From an uncultured Acidobacteriota bacterium (GTDB lineage: Bacteria > Actinomycetota > Acidimicrobiia > Spongiisociales > ZC4RG35), in assembly GCA_963828465.1 (NCBI GenBank), contig CAWHEU010000020.1:192001-256000 (forward strand): a stretch of DNA of 64,000 nucleotides, read 5' to 3'. Shown here piece by piece: positions 18,237-27,541 of this stretch. The position numbers and the translations under genes were made by a program. The notes below the pieces were generated by a model. The model worked only from the letters and a program-made list of their open reading frames with translations. It was not told the origin of the DNA and made no database searches. How positions within the stretch are numbered: the stretch's first letter is position 1; every line of letters begins with the position of its first letter.

Positions 18237-18598
18237 GCCACATCGACCACGGTCACCATGCCTCTCATCCCCGAGTGCAGCGTGCACACATACGGATAGT
18301 CGCCGGCGTCCTCGAAGGCGTGGGAGAAGGTGCCCTCGGCCTGGACCTCACTCTTGAATCCATCGCCGGAGACGTCGTGTGACAGGCCGCCGTCCTCCCA
18401 TACCCAGGTGACGGTGTCGCCTTCCTCGATCGTCACGTGATCGGGATTGAATCTTTGGTCCTGAATACTGATGGTGGGGCTGGCGCCAACCGGTGGCGGG
18501 GCAGATGGCATGTTCGCGACACAGGCCGCGAGAGAGACCGCCAGAGCGAGCACGGCCACCGAAGCCACTGCTTTGTTCCGTCTCATGGTTTGTTCCAT
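18233..18598 (-). CDS. Plastocyanin/azurin-family blue copper lipoprotein
   Basis: Lipobox SLAAC; ligands H...YVCTLHSGM. Confidence 0.88.
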   Translation of the reverse strand: MEQTMRRNKAVASVAVLALAVSLAACVANMPSAPPPVGASPTISIQDQRFNPDHVTIEEGDTVTWVWEDGGLSHDVSGDGFKSEVQAEGTFSHAFEDAGDYPYVCTLHSGMRGMVTVVDVA

Positions 18599-18634
18599 GA
18601 GGCAAATTCGAACGCTTCATGGCCGGTTCATCAA

Positions 18635-18683
18635 TCGGGGACGACCCTGGCTTCACCCCCAAGCGTGTCGGGGATGACCCTGA
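18635..18683. promoter_or_regulatory. Two near-palindromic operator-like boxes upstream of the cupredoxin gene
   Basis: TCGGGGACGACCCTGG at 18635-18650 and TCGGGGATGACCCTGA at 18668-18683, 33 bp apart. Confidence 0.55.
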
Positions 18684-18714
18684 TCCCGACCTCCGATGGA
18701 AATCTGTGACCTGG

Positions 18715-19125
18715 TCAGCCGTCGCTCAGGAGAAACTCCACGAGTGCGTCCAACTCCTCGGTGTCGACCGGCAAGACCGGCATCTGTCCGCCATAGCCGC
18801 TGACGAGGTAAGCCTGAGGATCCAGCACCGACTGTCTCACGTACTCCTCGGCGGTCAGCCCTTCAACGCGATCACCGGCTCGATGGGCCAGGTCTGTGAG
18901 GTCGGGACCGATGAAACCCTCGGAAACACCCGCACGGGTGTGACAGCCCGTGCAGCCCTTGGTGAGGAACACGGTTTGTCCCTCGACTGACCCCGGTGCC
19001 GACCCGTCCGCTGCGGACGCCGCCTGTTGCGTACCCGGGTCGATGGCGTAGACCGCCACCGTGGCCCCGACCAGCAGGACCACGATGGCGGCGGTTACGA
19101 GCAGACCGAGGCGACTAGACCGCAT
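18715..19125 (-). CDS. Membrane-anchored monoheme cytochrome c
   Basis: CTGCH heme motif, GPDLT, distal Met in QMP. Confidence 0.9.
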   Translation of the reverse strand: MRSSRLGLLVTAAIVVLLVGATVAVYAIDPGTQQAASAADGSAPGSVEGQTVFLTKGCTGCHTRAGVSEGFIGPDLTDLAHRAGDRVEGLTAEEYVRQSVLDPQAYLVSGYGGQMPVLPVDTEELDALVEFLLSDG

Positions 19126-19627
19126 CGGTTGCGGTCGAAGGATGCCTCTCGGTCCGGGGCCTGTTCCTGATCTGGTCGACCAGCAGCACCAGTGCCAGCA
19201 AGGCGGCGATTGGCAGCGCGATCCGGAGCGTGTTGATCAGCCCGGTGGGGACAGGGGCCGGGGCAGAGAGGACCGGCAGCGTGCCCAGTGCCTGCACGAT
19301 CTGATCTCCTGAGAGGACTTCCCAGCGCCACTCACCCGCCTCGGGGAGGGTTACTTCGGCCGTCCACCGGCCACTGCCCGATGGCGCCGCCGGGAATGTC
19401 AGATCCTCACCATTCGGTCCCTGAAAGTGGAGGGAAGAATCGCTGAGCGGCATCGGCTCTTTGCCATGGGCCAGAATCGTGTAGTCGAGGGTGTAGGGGG
19501 TGCCGGCATCGAAGTCGGATGGGAGCTCTGCAAATGTGACTACCGCTACCGACCCGGCCAGAGCGGCCGGGGCCAGCGAGAGAAGGAGCAGAGTGGTGGG
19601 TAGGAGTACCCGGGTCAGGCGCTTCAT
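19115..19627 (-). CDS. Secreted, C-terminally anchored Ig-like protein (YtkA/FixH-like)
   Basis: Signal peptide MKRLTRVLL..ALA, GRWTAEVTLPEAGEW, C-terminal TM; GGAG SD upstream. Confidence 0.65.
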   Translation of the reverse strand: MKRLTRVLLPTTLLLLSLAPAALAGSVAVVTFAELPSDFDAGTPYTLDYTILAHGKEPMPLSDSSLHFQGPNGEDLTFPAAPSGSGRWTAEVTLPEAGEWRWEVLSGDQIVQALGTLPVLSAPAPVPTGLINTLRIALPIAALLALVLLVDQIRNRPRTERHPSTATDAV

Positions 19628-19658
19628 GTGATCTCCTCGGATCGTCGTCATCAGTCCA

Positions 19659-19722
19659 TACACCGAAGCCCTGCCCCGGGTTCCACGAAAATCGAGGGAA
19701 CCAATCGGGCACGGTCGGTGTA
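19659..19722. promoter_or_regulatory. Back-to-back ECF promoters GGAACC-N14-GGTGTA
   Basis: Minus copy 19684-19659 and plus copy 19697-19722, identical elements and spacing. Confidence 0.75.
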
Positions 19723-19741
19723 GGCAATAAGCGGAACGTCG

Positions 19742-20317
19742 GTGGAGGGCCGCCCACTGAACGAGCAAGACCTGATCCAGAATGCAAAGAGTGGCGATGT
19801 CGCTGCCTTCGAGGCATTGGTGCAGACCCATCGGCACATTGCCCTTCGGGTGGCATTTCTCGTCGTTGGTGACCGGACCGAGGCCGAAGACGTGACCCAA
19901 GAGGCATTCGTCAAGGCATATCACGCGATGTCTCGATTCCGGGTCGACTCTTCGTTCCGACCCTGGCTGCTTCGCATCGTCCGCAACGAGGCTCTGAATC
20001 AGCGACGCCGCCGCGGACGTCAGGAACGGCTCAGCCTGCGCCTGGCCAACGACCCCGTCTCGGGAGGTGCGGCCCCATCTCCCGAGACGACGGTCATCAC
20101 CGGGGTCGAGAGGCGGACGATCCTGGACGCGGTCAACGGGCTGCCCGATCGATACCGGGAGGTGGTGACGCATCGGTATCTGCTCGGCCTATCCGAAGCC
20201 GAGACCGCCGCAACGCTCCGAATCCCGGTGGGAACGGTCAAATCACGAACGGCCCGCGCCCTCGGGCGTCTCGAACATTCCCTGTCGAGTCTCAGCGGAG
20301 GAGGCCGCGATGAGTAG
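19742..20317 (+). CDS. ECF sigma factor
   Basis: AEDVTQEAFVKAY, FRPWLLRIVRN, GTVKSRTARA. Confidence 0.92.
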   Translation: MEGRPLNEQDLIQNAKSGDVAAFEALVQTHRHIALRVAFLVVGDRTEAEDVTQEAFVKAYHAMSRFRVDSSFRPWLLRIVRNEALNQRRRRGRQERLSLRLANDPVSGGAAPSPETTVITGVERRTILDAVNGLPDRYREVVTHRYLLGLSEAETAATLRIPVGTVKSRTARALGRLEHSLSSLSGGGRDE

Positions 20318-21071
20318 GCCTATCGAGCAGGCCCTCGTGGAGCTGGCCCACCACATCGACTGGCCGGAGCCGTCGGATCAGGCGATGGGACTCCGTGGGC
20401 GTCTGGAAGGGAGTCCACGGAGCCGCACCCGACATCGCTGGATACCGGTGACGGCCCTCATTCTCATCCTCGTGGCCTCATTGCTTCTCTTCTCGCCGAC
20501 GGCCCGGGAAGCCGTGGCCGATCTGCTCGGTGTCGCCGGTATCGAGATTCGATTCGACCCCGATCCGGCTGAAGTCGTGGGTGGTGAGCTCGACCTCGGC
20601 GAGGCCGTCACCCTCGAGGAGGCGGCGGAGGCGGTGGACTTCGAATTGTCGGTGCCAGGGAATCTGGGACCACAGGACGGCGTCTTCCTGTCTGACCGGC
20701 CATCGTCCGGCAGGGTCACGATGGTGTGGGAGAGCGATGAGGCACTTCCTGCATCAGGCGACACCGGGATCGGAGTGGTCTACAGCCAATTCGCACTCGA
20801 GCTGGCCGAGGAAGCGGACTTCGTGAAGAGCGTCATGCCGGATACATCGGTTCGGGCCGTGGAGGTCGACACCGCAATCGGGCTCTGGATCGAAGGGGCG
20901 CCCCATCTGATCTCATACGAGGACGCCGCCGGCAATCGGGTCGAGGAAGAGACGAGGCTGGCCGGCAACGTGCTGATGTGGGAGAGCGACGGTGTCACCC
21001 ATCGCCTCGAGACGACGGTGGGCCTGGGTCCAACGCTGGCGCTGGCAGGCTCACTGCAACCGGTGGACTGA
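20310..21071 (+). CDS. Putative anti-sigma factor (single TM)
   Basis: Overlaps the sigma stop, one TM, extracellular domain. Confidence 0.7.
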   Translation: MSRPIEQALVELAHHIDWPEPSDQAMGLRGRLEGSPRSRTRHRWIPVTALILILVASLLLFSPTAREAVADLLGVAGIEIRFDPDPAEVVGGELDLGEAVTLEEAAEAVDFELSVPGNLGPQDGVFLSDRPSSGRVTMVWESDEALPASGDTGIGVVYSQFALELAEEADFVKSVMPDTSVRAVEVDTAIGLWIEGAPHLISYEDAAGNRVEEETRLAGNVLMWESDGVTHRLETTVGLGPTLALAGSLQPVD

Positions 21072-21155
21072 GGTGAGACCGGCCGGCCCGGTTTGAATAG
21101 GGAACCGATCGGTGCGACCATGTGTCGTCTCCCCACTCGGAACAGAGGTTTTTGC

Positions 21156-21245
21156 ATGGGATCGTTGGTCAAGAAGCGTCGCAAGAAGATGTCGAAGCAC
21201 AAATACCGCAAGCGTCTGAAGGCGAATCGCCACAAGCGGAAGTGA
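21156..21245 (+). CDS. 30S ribosomal protein bS22 (AURKAIP1/COX24 family), 29 aa
   Basis: MGSLVKKRRKKMSKHKYRKRLKANRHKRK; GAGG SD upstream; not in the ORF track. Confidence 0.9.
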   Translation: MGSLVKKRRKKMSKHKYRKRLKANRHKRK

Positions 21246-21251
21246 CTTCGT

Positions 21252-21285
21252 GAAAGGGCCGGCGCGAGCCGGTCCTTTCGCTTTT
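21252..21285 (+). terminator. Intrinsic terminator after bS22
   Basis: GAAAGGGCCGGC-GCGA-GCCGGTCCTTTC followed by GCTTTT. Confidence 0.85.
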
Positions 21286-21330
21286 CTCCCCCCGAAGGGG
21301 GGAGTACCGCCGGAGGCGGGGAGGGGGGAC
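21286..21330. repeat. Short G/C-tract palindromic element
   Basis: CTCCCCCC-GAA-GGGGGGAG, CCGCC-GGA-GGCGG, GGAGGGGG. Confidence 0.5.
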
Positions 21331-21334
21331 CGCC

Positions 21335-22156
21335 CTATTGGCCCTTCAGGTACTTCTCGATCTCTTCGACGAGACGGTCGCCGCGGTCGTCGTCGGCTTC
21401 CTGTTCCAGCCGCTCTACGTATTCCTCGAGCTCGGCGTTTCCCTCGATGGCGGCGTCCACCGTCGACAGGAACTGACGTGAGGCCGAGGCGAGGTCACCG
21501 ATGTCGAGCGTGACACCGCACAACTCCGAGGCCTTGATCGCCAGTGCTTCAGTTGCCGGCGGATACTCCTGATTGGAGAGGTAGTGAGGGACAGCCGCCC
21601 ACACCGAGATCACATCGATTCCGACATTGCCCAGGGAGTGATTGAGCACTCCGAGGATTCCCGTCGGCCCTTCGTATCCCGACGGGAGCAACCCGTGAAT
21701 CGCCAGGTCGTCGGGCCGGTTCGCCGATCCCACCAACGGGACGGGGAGTGTGTGTGCCACCTGACCGATGAAGGCGCCCATGGTCACGGCCCGGCGAACC
21801 CCCATCACCTTCATCACTTCGACCACATCGTTGGTGAACGACTTCCACCGGTAGTGCGGCTCCTCGCCGAGGAGGATCACCATCTCCCGCTCCATGCCCC
21901 TGGCGACGTACAACTCGTTGCGCGGCCAGGAGATCGAACGGATCCCCGTGGCGTCGAGCTCGACTATTGGTCTCCGCACCTGGAAGTCGAAATGATCGTC
22001 AGGGTCGATGATGGCGAACAGCTCGGCATCGAGCTTGTCGAGAAACTCGGAAACTGCCTGACTCGCCGACTCGCCGGCGTCACCCCAGCCTTCGAAGGCG
22101 ACTAGGGCGACCGGGTCCTGGAGGACCGGACGGTCGAGCCATTGCAACGAGCCCAT
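21335..22156 (-). CDS. PAC2 (proteasome assembly chaperone) family protein
   Basis: AFEGWGDAG, DFQVRRP, GEEPHYRW, WAAVPHY, YVERLE. Confidence 0.9.
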   Translation of the reverse strand: MGSLQWLDRPVLQDPVALVAFEGWGDAGESASQAVSEFLDKLDAELFAIIDPDDHFDFQVRRPIVELDATGIRSISWPRNELYVARGMEREMVILLGEEPHYRWKSFTNDVVEVMKVMGVRRAVTMGAFIGQVAHTLPVPLVGSANRPDDLAIHGLLPSGYEGPTGILGVLNHSLGNVGIDVISVWAAVPHYLSNQEYPPATEALAIKASELCGVTLDIGDLASASRQFLSTVDAAIEGNAELEEYVERLEQEADDDRGDRLVEEIEKYLKGQ

Positions 22157-22267
22157 CGCTCCAACCTACTCCCCGTCCCTGGCTAGGGATTCACTCCGCG
22201 TGGGGGCGAAACCGCCTCAAACGCAGCGCTGAACTGCTGCCTTCACACGGCAAGGGAAGCGCCTCTG

Positions 22268-22477
22268 TCAGCCGAATACGGCGTAGCCCTGCCCCTCGAT
22301 GGCCTTCTTGATCGACCCGAGCTCGACGCGCGTGTCGTCGTACGCGACCCTCACCGTGGCATCTGCGATGCCGACCTCCACCGATTGCACGCCATCGATG
22401 ATCCCGACAGCGCCTTCGATGCTCGTCTTGCACTGATCGCAGTGGATCTCCGGAGCCTGCAGGAGAACCTCGCTCAT
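22268..22477 (-). CDS. copZ: CopZ-like heavy-metal-associated chaperone
   Basis: 69 aa, HCDQC metal motif, IEGQGY. Confidence 0.85.
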   Translation of the reverse strand: MSEVLLQAPEIHCDQCKTSIEGAVGIIDGVQSVEVGIADATVRVAYDDTRVELGSIKKAIEGQGYAVFG

Positions 22478-22519
22478 GACATCGAGGCTACTCGTTGCTT
22501 CCTATCGGTCACCAGACGC

Positions 22520-22599
22520 GCAAAACGCACCGGCATCGCCGATGCGTTTTGCATTTTCTGACTCGGAACGGGGAGGGGGAGAGGACCTGTCCCGGTCAG
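22520..22599 (-). ncRNA. 3' UTR C-rich-loop hairpin plus terminator hairpin
   Basis: CUGAC-CGGGAC [AGGUCCUCUCCCCCUCCCC] GUUCCG-A-GUCAG, followed by a GCAAAACGCA...UGCGUUUUGC stem. Confidence 0.5.
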
Positions 22600-22604
22600 A
22601 GTCC

Positions 22605-22802
22605 TCAGGCGTCTTGTCCGTCCATGATCTTGCCGCGGACCCGGGGGAACCGGACCGGGGCATGAGCATGGCAGTACTCCGCCTTGTTGTATTGGGAAAG
22701 CTTGGTGGTGCAGCCCTTCTTGGCGCAGACGCGGCCTTCGTTGAATCTCTTCGAAGGTCGGGTCATGCCCTTGATGGCGGCCCCTCTAACGATGTCTGTC
22801 AT
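22605..22802 (-). CDS. Small basic protein with a C-x4-C-x12-C-x2-H putative zinc finger
   Basis: Strong SD AAGGAGG, 65 aa, GRVCAKKGCTTKLSQYNKAEYCHAH. Confidence 0.8.
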   Translation of the reverse strand: MTDIVRGAAIKGMTRPSKRFNEGRVCAKKGCTTKLSQYNKAEYCHAHAPVRFPRVRGKIMDGQDA

Positions 22803-23081
22803 TTCAGTGGCCCTCCTTGACCTGGGCCGGTGATTAGTTCAAGTCTCTTGTGATCTCATTGTTTGCCGGTACGAGGATCCCGGAGGATTCTCGTGCGCAC
22901 CGTCACTGTGCGAGCCAGCCCTTAAAGCGGCGGTAAACAACCGCTCCCGGGATTGAGACGTCGGGAAGCCCGAATCGGTTCCCTGGATAGCCCAGTCTAT
23001 CTCCGGGTCACCGACCATCGCCAGACCAGCCTGCGGCGATGTACTCATGGTCATCGGCAGGGCGGGTCGGCGACCTGAGCA

Positions 23082-25047
23082 TCACTCGATGCCGAGCTTC
23101 CTCAGGAATGCGGTGTTGTCGGGCTCACGACCGAGAAAAGCGCTGAGCATCTCATCGGCATCGACCGAGCCGCCCTTCTCCAACACCTCCCGCCGGTAGG
23201 CCATTCCGACCTCCGGGTTGGTGACTCCCTCTTTCTCGAACCGGGAAAACATGTCGTCTCCGAACACTTCGGACCACATGTACCCGTAATAGGCGGCGTC
23301 GTAACCACCCATGAGGTGGCCGAACGAGGCAAGGGCGAAAGTGCCCTCGTGGAATGGGATGAGGCCCAGAGTCGCCCCTTCCCGGAGGACGATGGCGAGG
23401 TCGATCTCTGCGTCGGTCCCGTGGATCGTCTGGTCCCACCACCCGTATTGGAGCTGGCGGAGCTGGTGGATGGACACATTGAGCTGGCGAGCGGCGACCA
23501 ATTGCTCGACCAGGTGATCGGGGATGGGGTCACCGGTCTGGTGGTGGCGGGCGAAACGGCTGAGAACCTCGGCGCGCCACACCCAATGCTGCATGATCTG
23601 ACTCGGCGCCTCCACGAAGTCTCTCTCCACGCTGGTCCCCGCGAACCTGGCGAGCTCGGTCCTGCCCAGGTTCTGGTGGAGGACATGGCCGAACTCGTGG
23701 AAGAGCGTTTCGACCTCGCCGTGTTGGAGCAATGATGGAGCCGAAGCGGTCGGCTTGGTGAAGTTGGCGACCATGGCGCACACCGGGTTCTGATACGAGC
23801 CGTCCTCCAGTCGTCGGCTCATGACCAATGGGAACTCGGCGGCATGGCCGTACTTGCCCTCGCGGTGGAAGAGATCGAGATAGAAATGGGCGAGCTCCTC
23901 GCCGCTCCCGGCGTCGTGGATGCCGAACAAACGCACATCGGGATGCCAGACGTCCGGATCCTGGATTTCGCGGAACTCGAGGCCGAACGTCTCCTGGACC
24001 AGGTCGAACATCCCGCCGAGCACCGAGTCGAGCGGGAAGTAGTTGGCCACCTCGAAAGGATCGACGCCGTAGTCGGTGCGACGCTGCTGGGTGTCGTAGA
24101 AACGCCAGTCCCAGGTCTGGATCTGGCTGTCGCCTGTGTCGGCTTGGAGCAGCTCACCCAAGGCCGCCAGATCGATCTCGCCTTGCTTGGTGAGCGGTGG
24201 CACGAGGTCTTCATAGAACGCCGCCACCCGCTCCGGATCCTTGGCCATCCTGTCCTCGAGCCGATGATGGGACCAACTGGGGACGCCGAACTCCTCTGCA
24301 ATCTGATAACGCAAGTTCGCGGGCCTCCTCCAGGATCTTCCGGTTGGCCTCGACTGCCTGTGTGTTGAACTTGAACGACAACTCCTCGCGCAGATCGCGG
24401 CGCGTGGCGTTCTCGATGAAGGGGATGAGATGGGGGTAGGCGAGAGTCACCTTGAGCTTGCCCGTCTCCTCGTCGGTCTCGAGCGACTCGGCGAAGCTGG
24501 GAGGCAGGCCATCCAGCTCCTCCGGGTCGACGAGGATGTGGTCCTCCCATTCGTCGATGTTCTCTTGGAAGCGGACCCCGAGCTCGACCAGGCGCTGGGT
24601 CCTCTCCTTGACCCTGGCCCTCGCCTCGGGTGAGAGCTCGTGGCCGGCATGACGCAGATCTCTGAGGGTGAACTCGACCAGACGAGCCTTCTCGCCCTCC
24701 AAGCCCTCCGCCTCATCGGTGGCGGCGTATTCCTTGATGGCTGAATTGAGGTCGTCGCGGAAGACCATCTCCACGCCGAACGTCTCCAGTTTCTCCTCGG
24801 CGGCCTTGGCCTGAGAGCGGATCTCCTTCTCGGGGTGGACATAGCCCATGAAGGCGTGGGTGGCATTGGCCTTGGAGAGCACGTCCGCGATCTGGTCGAG
24901 GGGGAGCATGGTGTTCTCGAAGGTCCGGGTCTCTTTCGGTGCGACGAGAGCCTCGAGGATCTCTTGCGCCCCCTCGAGCGCCTCGTCCATCCCCGTGCTC
25001 ACCTTGTCCGCAGTCACCTGGGAGAACCCAAAATCCAAATTCGTCAT
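23082..25047 (-). CDS. M3 family oligopeptidase, thimet/oligopeptidase A-like (+1 frameshift near 24313)
   Basis: TLFHEFGH, DFVEAPSQ, GYDAAYYGYMWSE; two ORFs join by removing one base. Confidence 0.9.
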
Positions 25048-25098
25048 GCCTGGCACGGTAGCGAGGAGCCCAGTACCTACTTTCTAAGGTTCGGTTCC

Positions 25099-26250
25099 AT
25101 GTGGGCTCTGAACCCATACACCCGGCATCTCAACCATGGCTCGTTTGGGGCGGTGCTAAACGAAGTGCTCGAGTTGCAGACGGAGTGGCGGCGGAGGTTC
25201 GAGGCCGATCCCAGCCGTTTTGTGTGGCGGCAGTTGCAGCCCGCCATGGACCGTTCTCGGGAGGCTGTTGGCGAATTCGTGGGGGCCGACCCAGTCGGCC
25301 TGGCACCGGTGCGGAACGCGACCACCGGGATCGCATCGGTTCTTCAATCATTCGAGCCCTTGCTCCGGCCCGGCGACCAGTTGCTGACTACAGCCCATGA
25401 CTACAACGCGGTCCGTCAGATCCTCCGCTTCACCGGCGAGCGGACTGGGGCCGACGTGGTGGTGGCCCGGGTGCCGTTTCCCATCGAAGGCCCGGATCAG
25501 GTCACCGACGCGGTCCTCGCCGCCGTGACGCCGAAGACGAAGCTGGCCGTCATCGACCATGTCACGTCGCCTTCGGCGCTGGTATTTCCAATCGAGGACA
25601 TCGTCGCTGCTCTCGAGCCCGATATCCCGGTTGTCGTCGACGGGGCGCATGGCCCGGGACAGGTGCCATTGGCGATCGATGATCTGGGCTCGTCCTGGTA
25701 CACCGGGAACCTGCACAAGTGGGCGTGCGCTCCCAAGGGGGCGGCATTCCTCCACTCGAGAGCCGACCGGATCGAGATGACGGTGCCGGCTGTCATCTCC
25801 CACGGATACAACGCCGAGGTCGAGACATCAGAGGATCGGTACCACGCGCTGTTCGATTGGCTGGGCACGGACGATTTCAGCGCCTGGGCTGTGGTGCCCG
25901 ACGCCCTGCGTCTGGTGGGCGGGTTGGAGGCGGGAGGTTGGGACGCCGTGATGAAGCGCAACCACGACCTCGTCCTCTATGGGCGGGGTCTGATTTCGGA
26001 GACGGTCGGCACTCCTTTGCCGGCGCCTGATGAGATGGTGGGTTCCATGGCCTCCGTTGTTCTGCCCGATGCCACCGGCCCGGACCCCGGTGGCGAGCTA
26101 TCCCCGATGATGGATGACCTATTCGATGCCGGCTTTTCGACCATCGTGATGAACTGGCCGCGATGGCCCAGCCAGCTGCTGCGCATCTCCGCCCATCTCC
26201 ACAACACCGCTGACGATTATTCGGCCCTGGCCGCGATGCTGCGAACCTGA
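25099..26250 (+). CDS. Class V PLP enzyme (isopenicillin N epimerase/C-S lyase-like)
   Basis: LNHGSFGA, VDGAHGPG, GNLHKWACAPKG. Confidence 0.88.
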   Translation: MWALNPYTRHLNHGSFGAVLNEVLELQTEWRRRFEADPSRFVWRQLQPAMDRSREAVGEFVGADPVGLAPVRNATTGIASVLQSFEPLLRPGDQLLTTAHDYNAVRQILRFTGERTGADVVVARVPFPIEGPDQVTDAVLAAVTPKTKLAVIDHVTSPSALVFPIEDIVAALEPDIPVVVDGAHGPGQVPLAIDDLGSSWYTGNLHKWACAPKGAAFLHSRADRIEMTVPAVISHGYNAEVETSEDRYHALFDWLGTDDFSAWAVVPDALRLVGGLEAGGWDAVMKRNHDLVLYGRGLISETVGTPLPAPDEMVGSMASVVLPDATGPDPGGELSPMMDDLFDAGFSTIVMNWPRWPSQLLRISAHLHNTADDYSALAAMLRT

Positions 26251-26291
26251 GGTTCCTCGGCCCGGATACGGGCTGTAGTACCTGAGGTTCG
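26242..26291. repeat. REP-like imperfect palindrome between convergent genes
   Basis: CGAACCTGAGGT...GCCCG-GATA-CGGGC...ACCTGAGGTTCG. Confidence 0.55.
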
Positions 26292-26302
26292 GGGTAGCCC
26301 GC

Positions 26303-27541
26303 TCAGAAGCGGGGCGGTGGGGCGAAGAGGGCCTCGGCCTGGTCAGGGGTCAGGTTCTCTGACTGGTTGAATCCGGGCCGTCCGATCGCGGCGCTGATAC
26401 CGATGGCCGGGTCGGGCAGCTCGACAGGTGAGTCGCTCCCACCGATCACCTTGACCCCCGCCTCGAGCAACGACCGGAAGGGATAGACCCGGTTCATCCG
26501 GTCATCTCCGAGGCGCTTTTCCAGCCAGTCGCCCTCCGACGCGAGGAAGGCGGGCTGGACCGAGGCGGTGACGCCGAGCCGAGCCATTCGCTCGATCGCC
26601 GCGTCGGTCAAGAGCGAGGCGTGCTCGACTCGAAGACGCTCCGGATCCGCCCCCATGTCGACCAGCTCTTCGAACACATCGAGGACTCGGTCGTTGGCCC
26701 GATCCCCGATGGCGTGGATGGCCACCGAACCTCCCAGCATCATCGAGGCCCGGGCCATGTTCAGGGCGTGCTCTGAGTCGAGTCGATCGGTGCCGCTGGT
26801 ATCGGGTCGATCGGCGAATGGCTCGTGCATCGCCGCGGTATGGCCACCGAAACTGCCATCGGCGAAGTCCTTCCAGCCGAGGAAGCGGATCCTGCCCTGT
26901 GTGTTGCGGATCTTCTCGGCGGCTTCTGCCAGCTGATGGGTGTCGGAGGCGATGACCAGGACGTCGACATCGATGGGCAGGGCAGGGGCAAGACGACACA
27001 GGGCGTCGAGCTCGTCGCGGACCCCGCACCAGAGCGGCTCGCCCACCGAGACGATCCCGGTCACGGATCCGATGCCCATTCTGGTGAGGTCGCCTAGGGC
27101 GCGCAGGATGGCCGAGTCCGGGGGTCCGGTCACCAACGGGGCGATTGCCGACGAGACGGTCTGGATCGCCGTCTCTCGAAGCACCCCGTTGGGCGCACCC
27201 GCCACGTCGCGGTCGAATGACCCACCTTCCGGATCGGTGCTGTCGCTATCGACCCCGGCGAGCGACAACGCTGCGCTGTTGGCCACCGCGATGTGACCGC
27301 AGTACCGGTAGATCAGAACGGGTCGGTCACCGATGACATCGTCCAGGTCGTCCCGGGTGGGCAGCCGCCGTTCGGCCAACCCCTCGTCGTTGAGACGTTG
27401 GCCGATCACCGGGCCTTCCACCCGGCTGGCGAATTCGCCGACCCGACGCGCCACCGTGTCCAGATCGGGGGCGTCCATCAGCTCCAAACCGGTCACGAGG
27501 GCGGCGTAACCCAGCGGATGGAAGTGGTGGTCGTGATACAT
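26303..27541 (-). CDS. YtcJ-like amidohydrolase
   Basis: HDHHFH, GHIAVANS, FADGSFGGHTA, HAIGDRA, RVEHAS, GSDSP; TGATG coupling to the upstream gene. Confidence 0.85.
   Translation of the reverse strand: MYHDHHFHPLGYAALVTGLELMDAPDLDTVARRVGEFASRVEGPVIGQRLNDEGLAERRLPTRDDLDDVIGDRPVLIYRYCGHIAVANSAALSLAGVDSDSTDPEGGSFDRDVAGAPNGVLRETAIQTVSSAIAPLVTGPPDSAILRALGDLTRMGIGSVTGIVSVGEPLWCGVRDELDALCRLAPALPIDVDVLVIASDTHQLAEAAEKIRNTQGRIRFLGWKDFADGSFGGHTAAMHEPFADRPDTSGTDRLDSEHALNMARASMMLGGSVAIHAIGDRANDRVLDVFEELVDMGADPERLRVEHASLLTDAAIERMARLGVTASVQPAFLASEGDWLEKRLGDDRMNRVYPFRSLLEAGVKVIGGSDSPVELPDPAIGISAAIGRPGFNQSENLTPDQAEALFAPPPRF

Noticed and set aside
22803-22990. c-di-GMP-I riboswitch (GGCAAAC present) or CRP/GlxR site
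   Set aside because: The downstream GACGCAAAG/P3 features are absent, and only a TGTGA half-site is present
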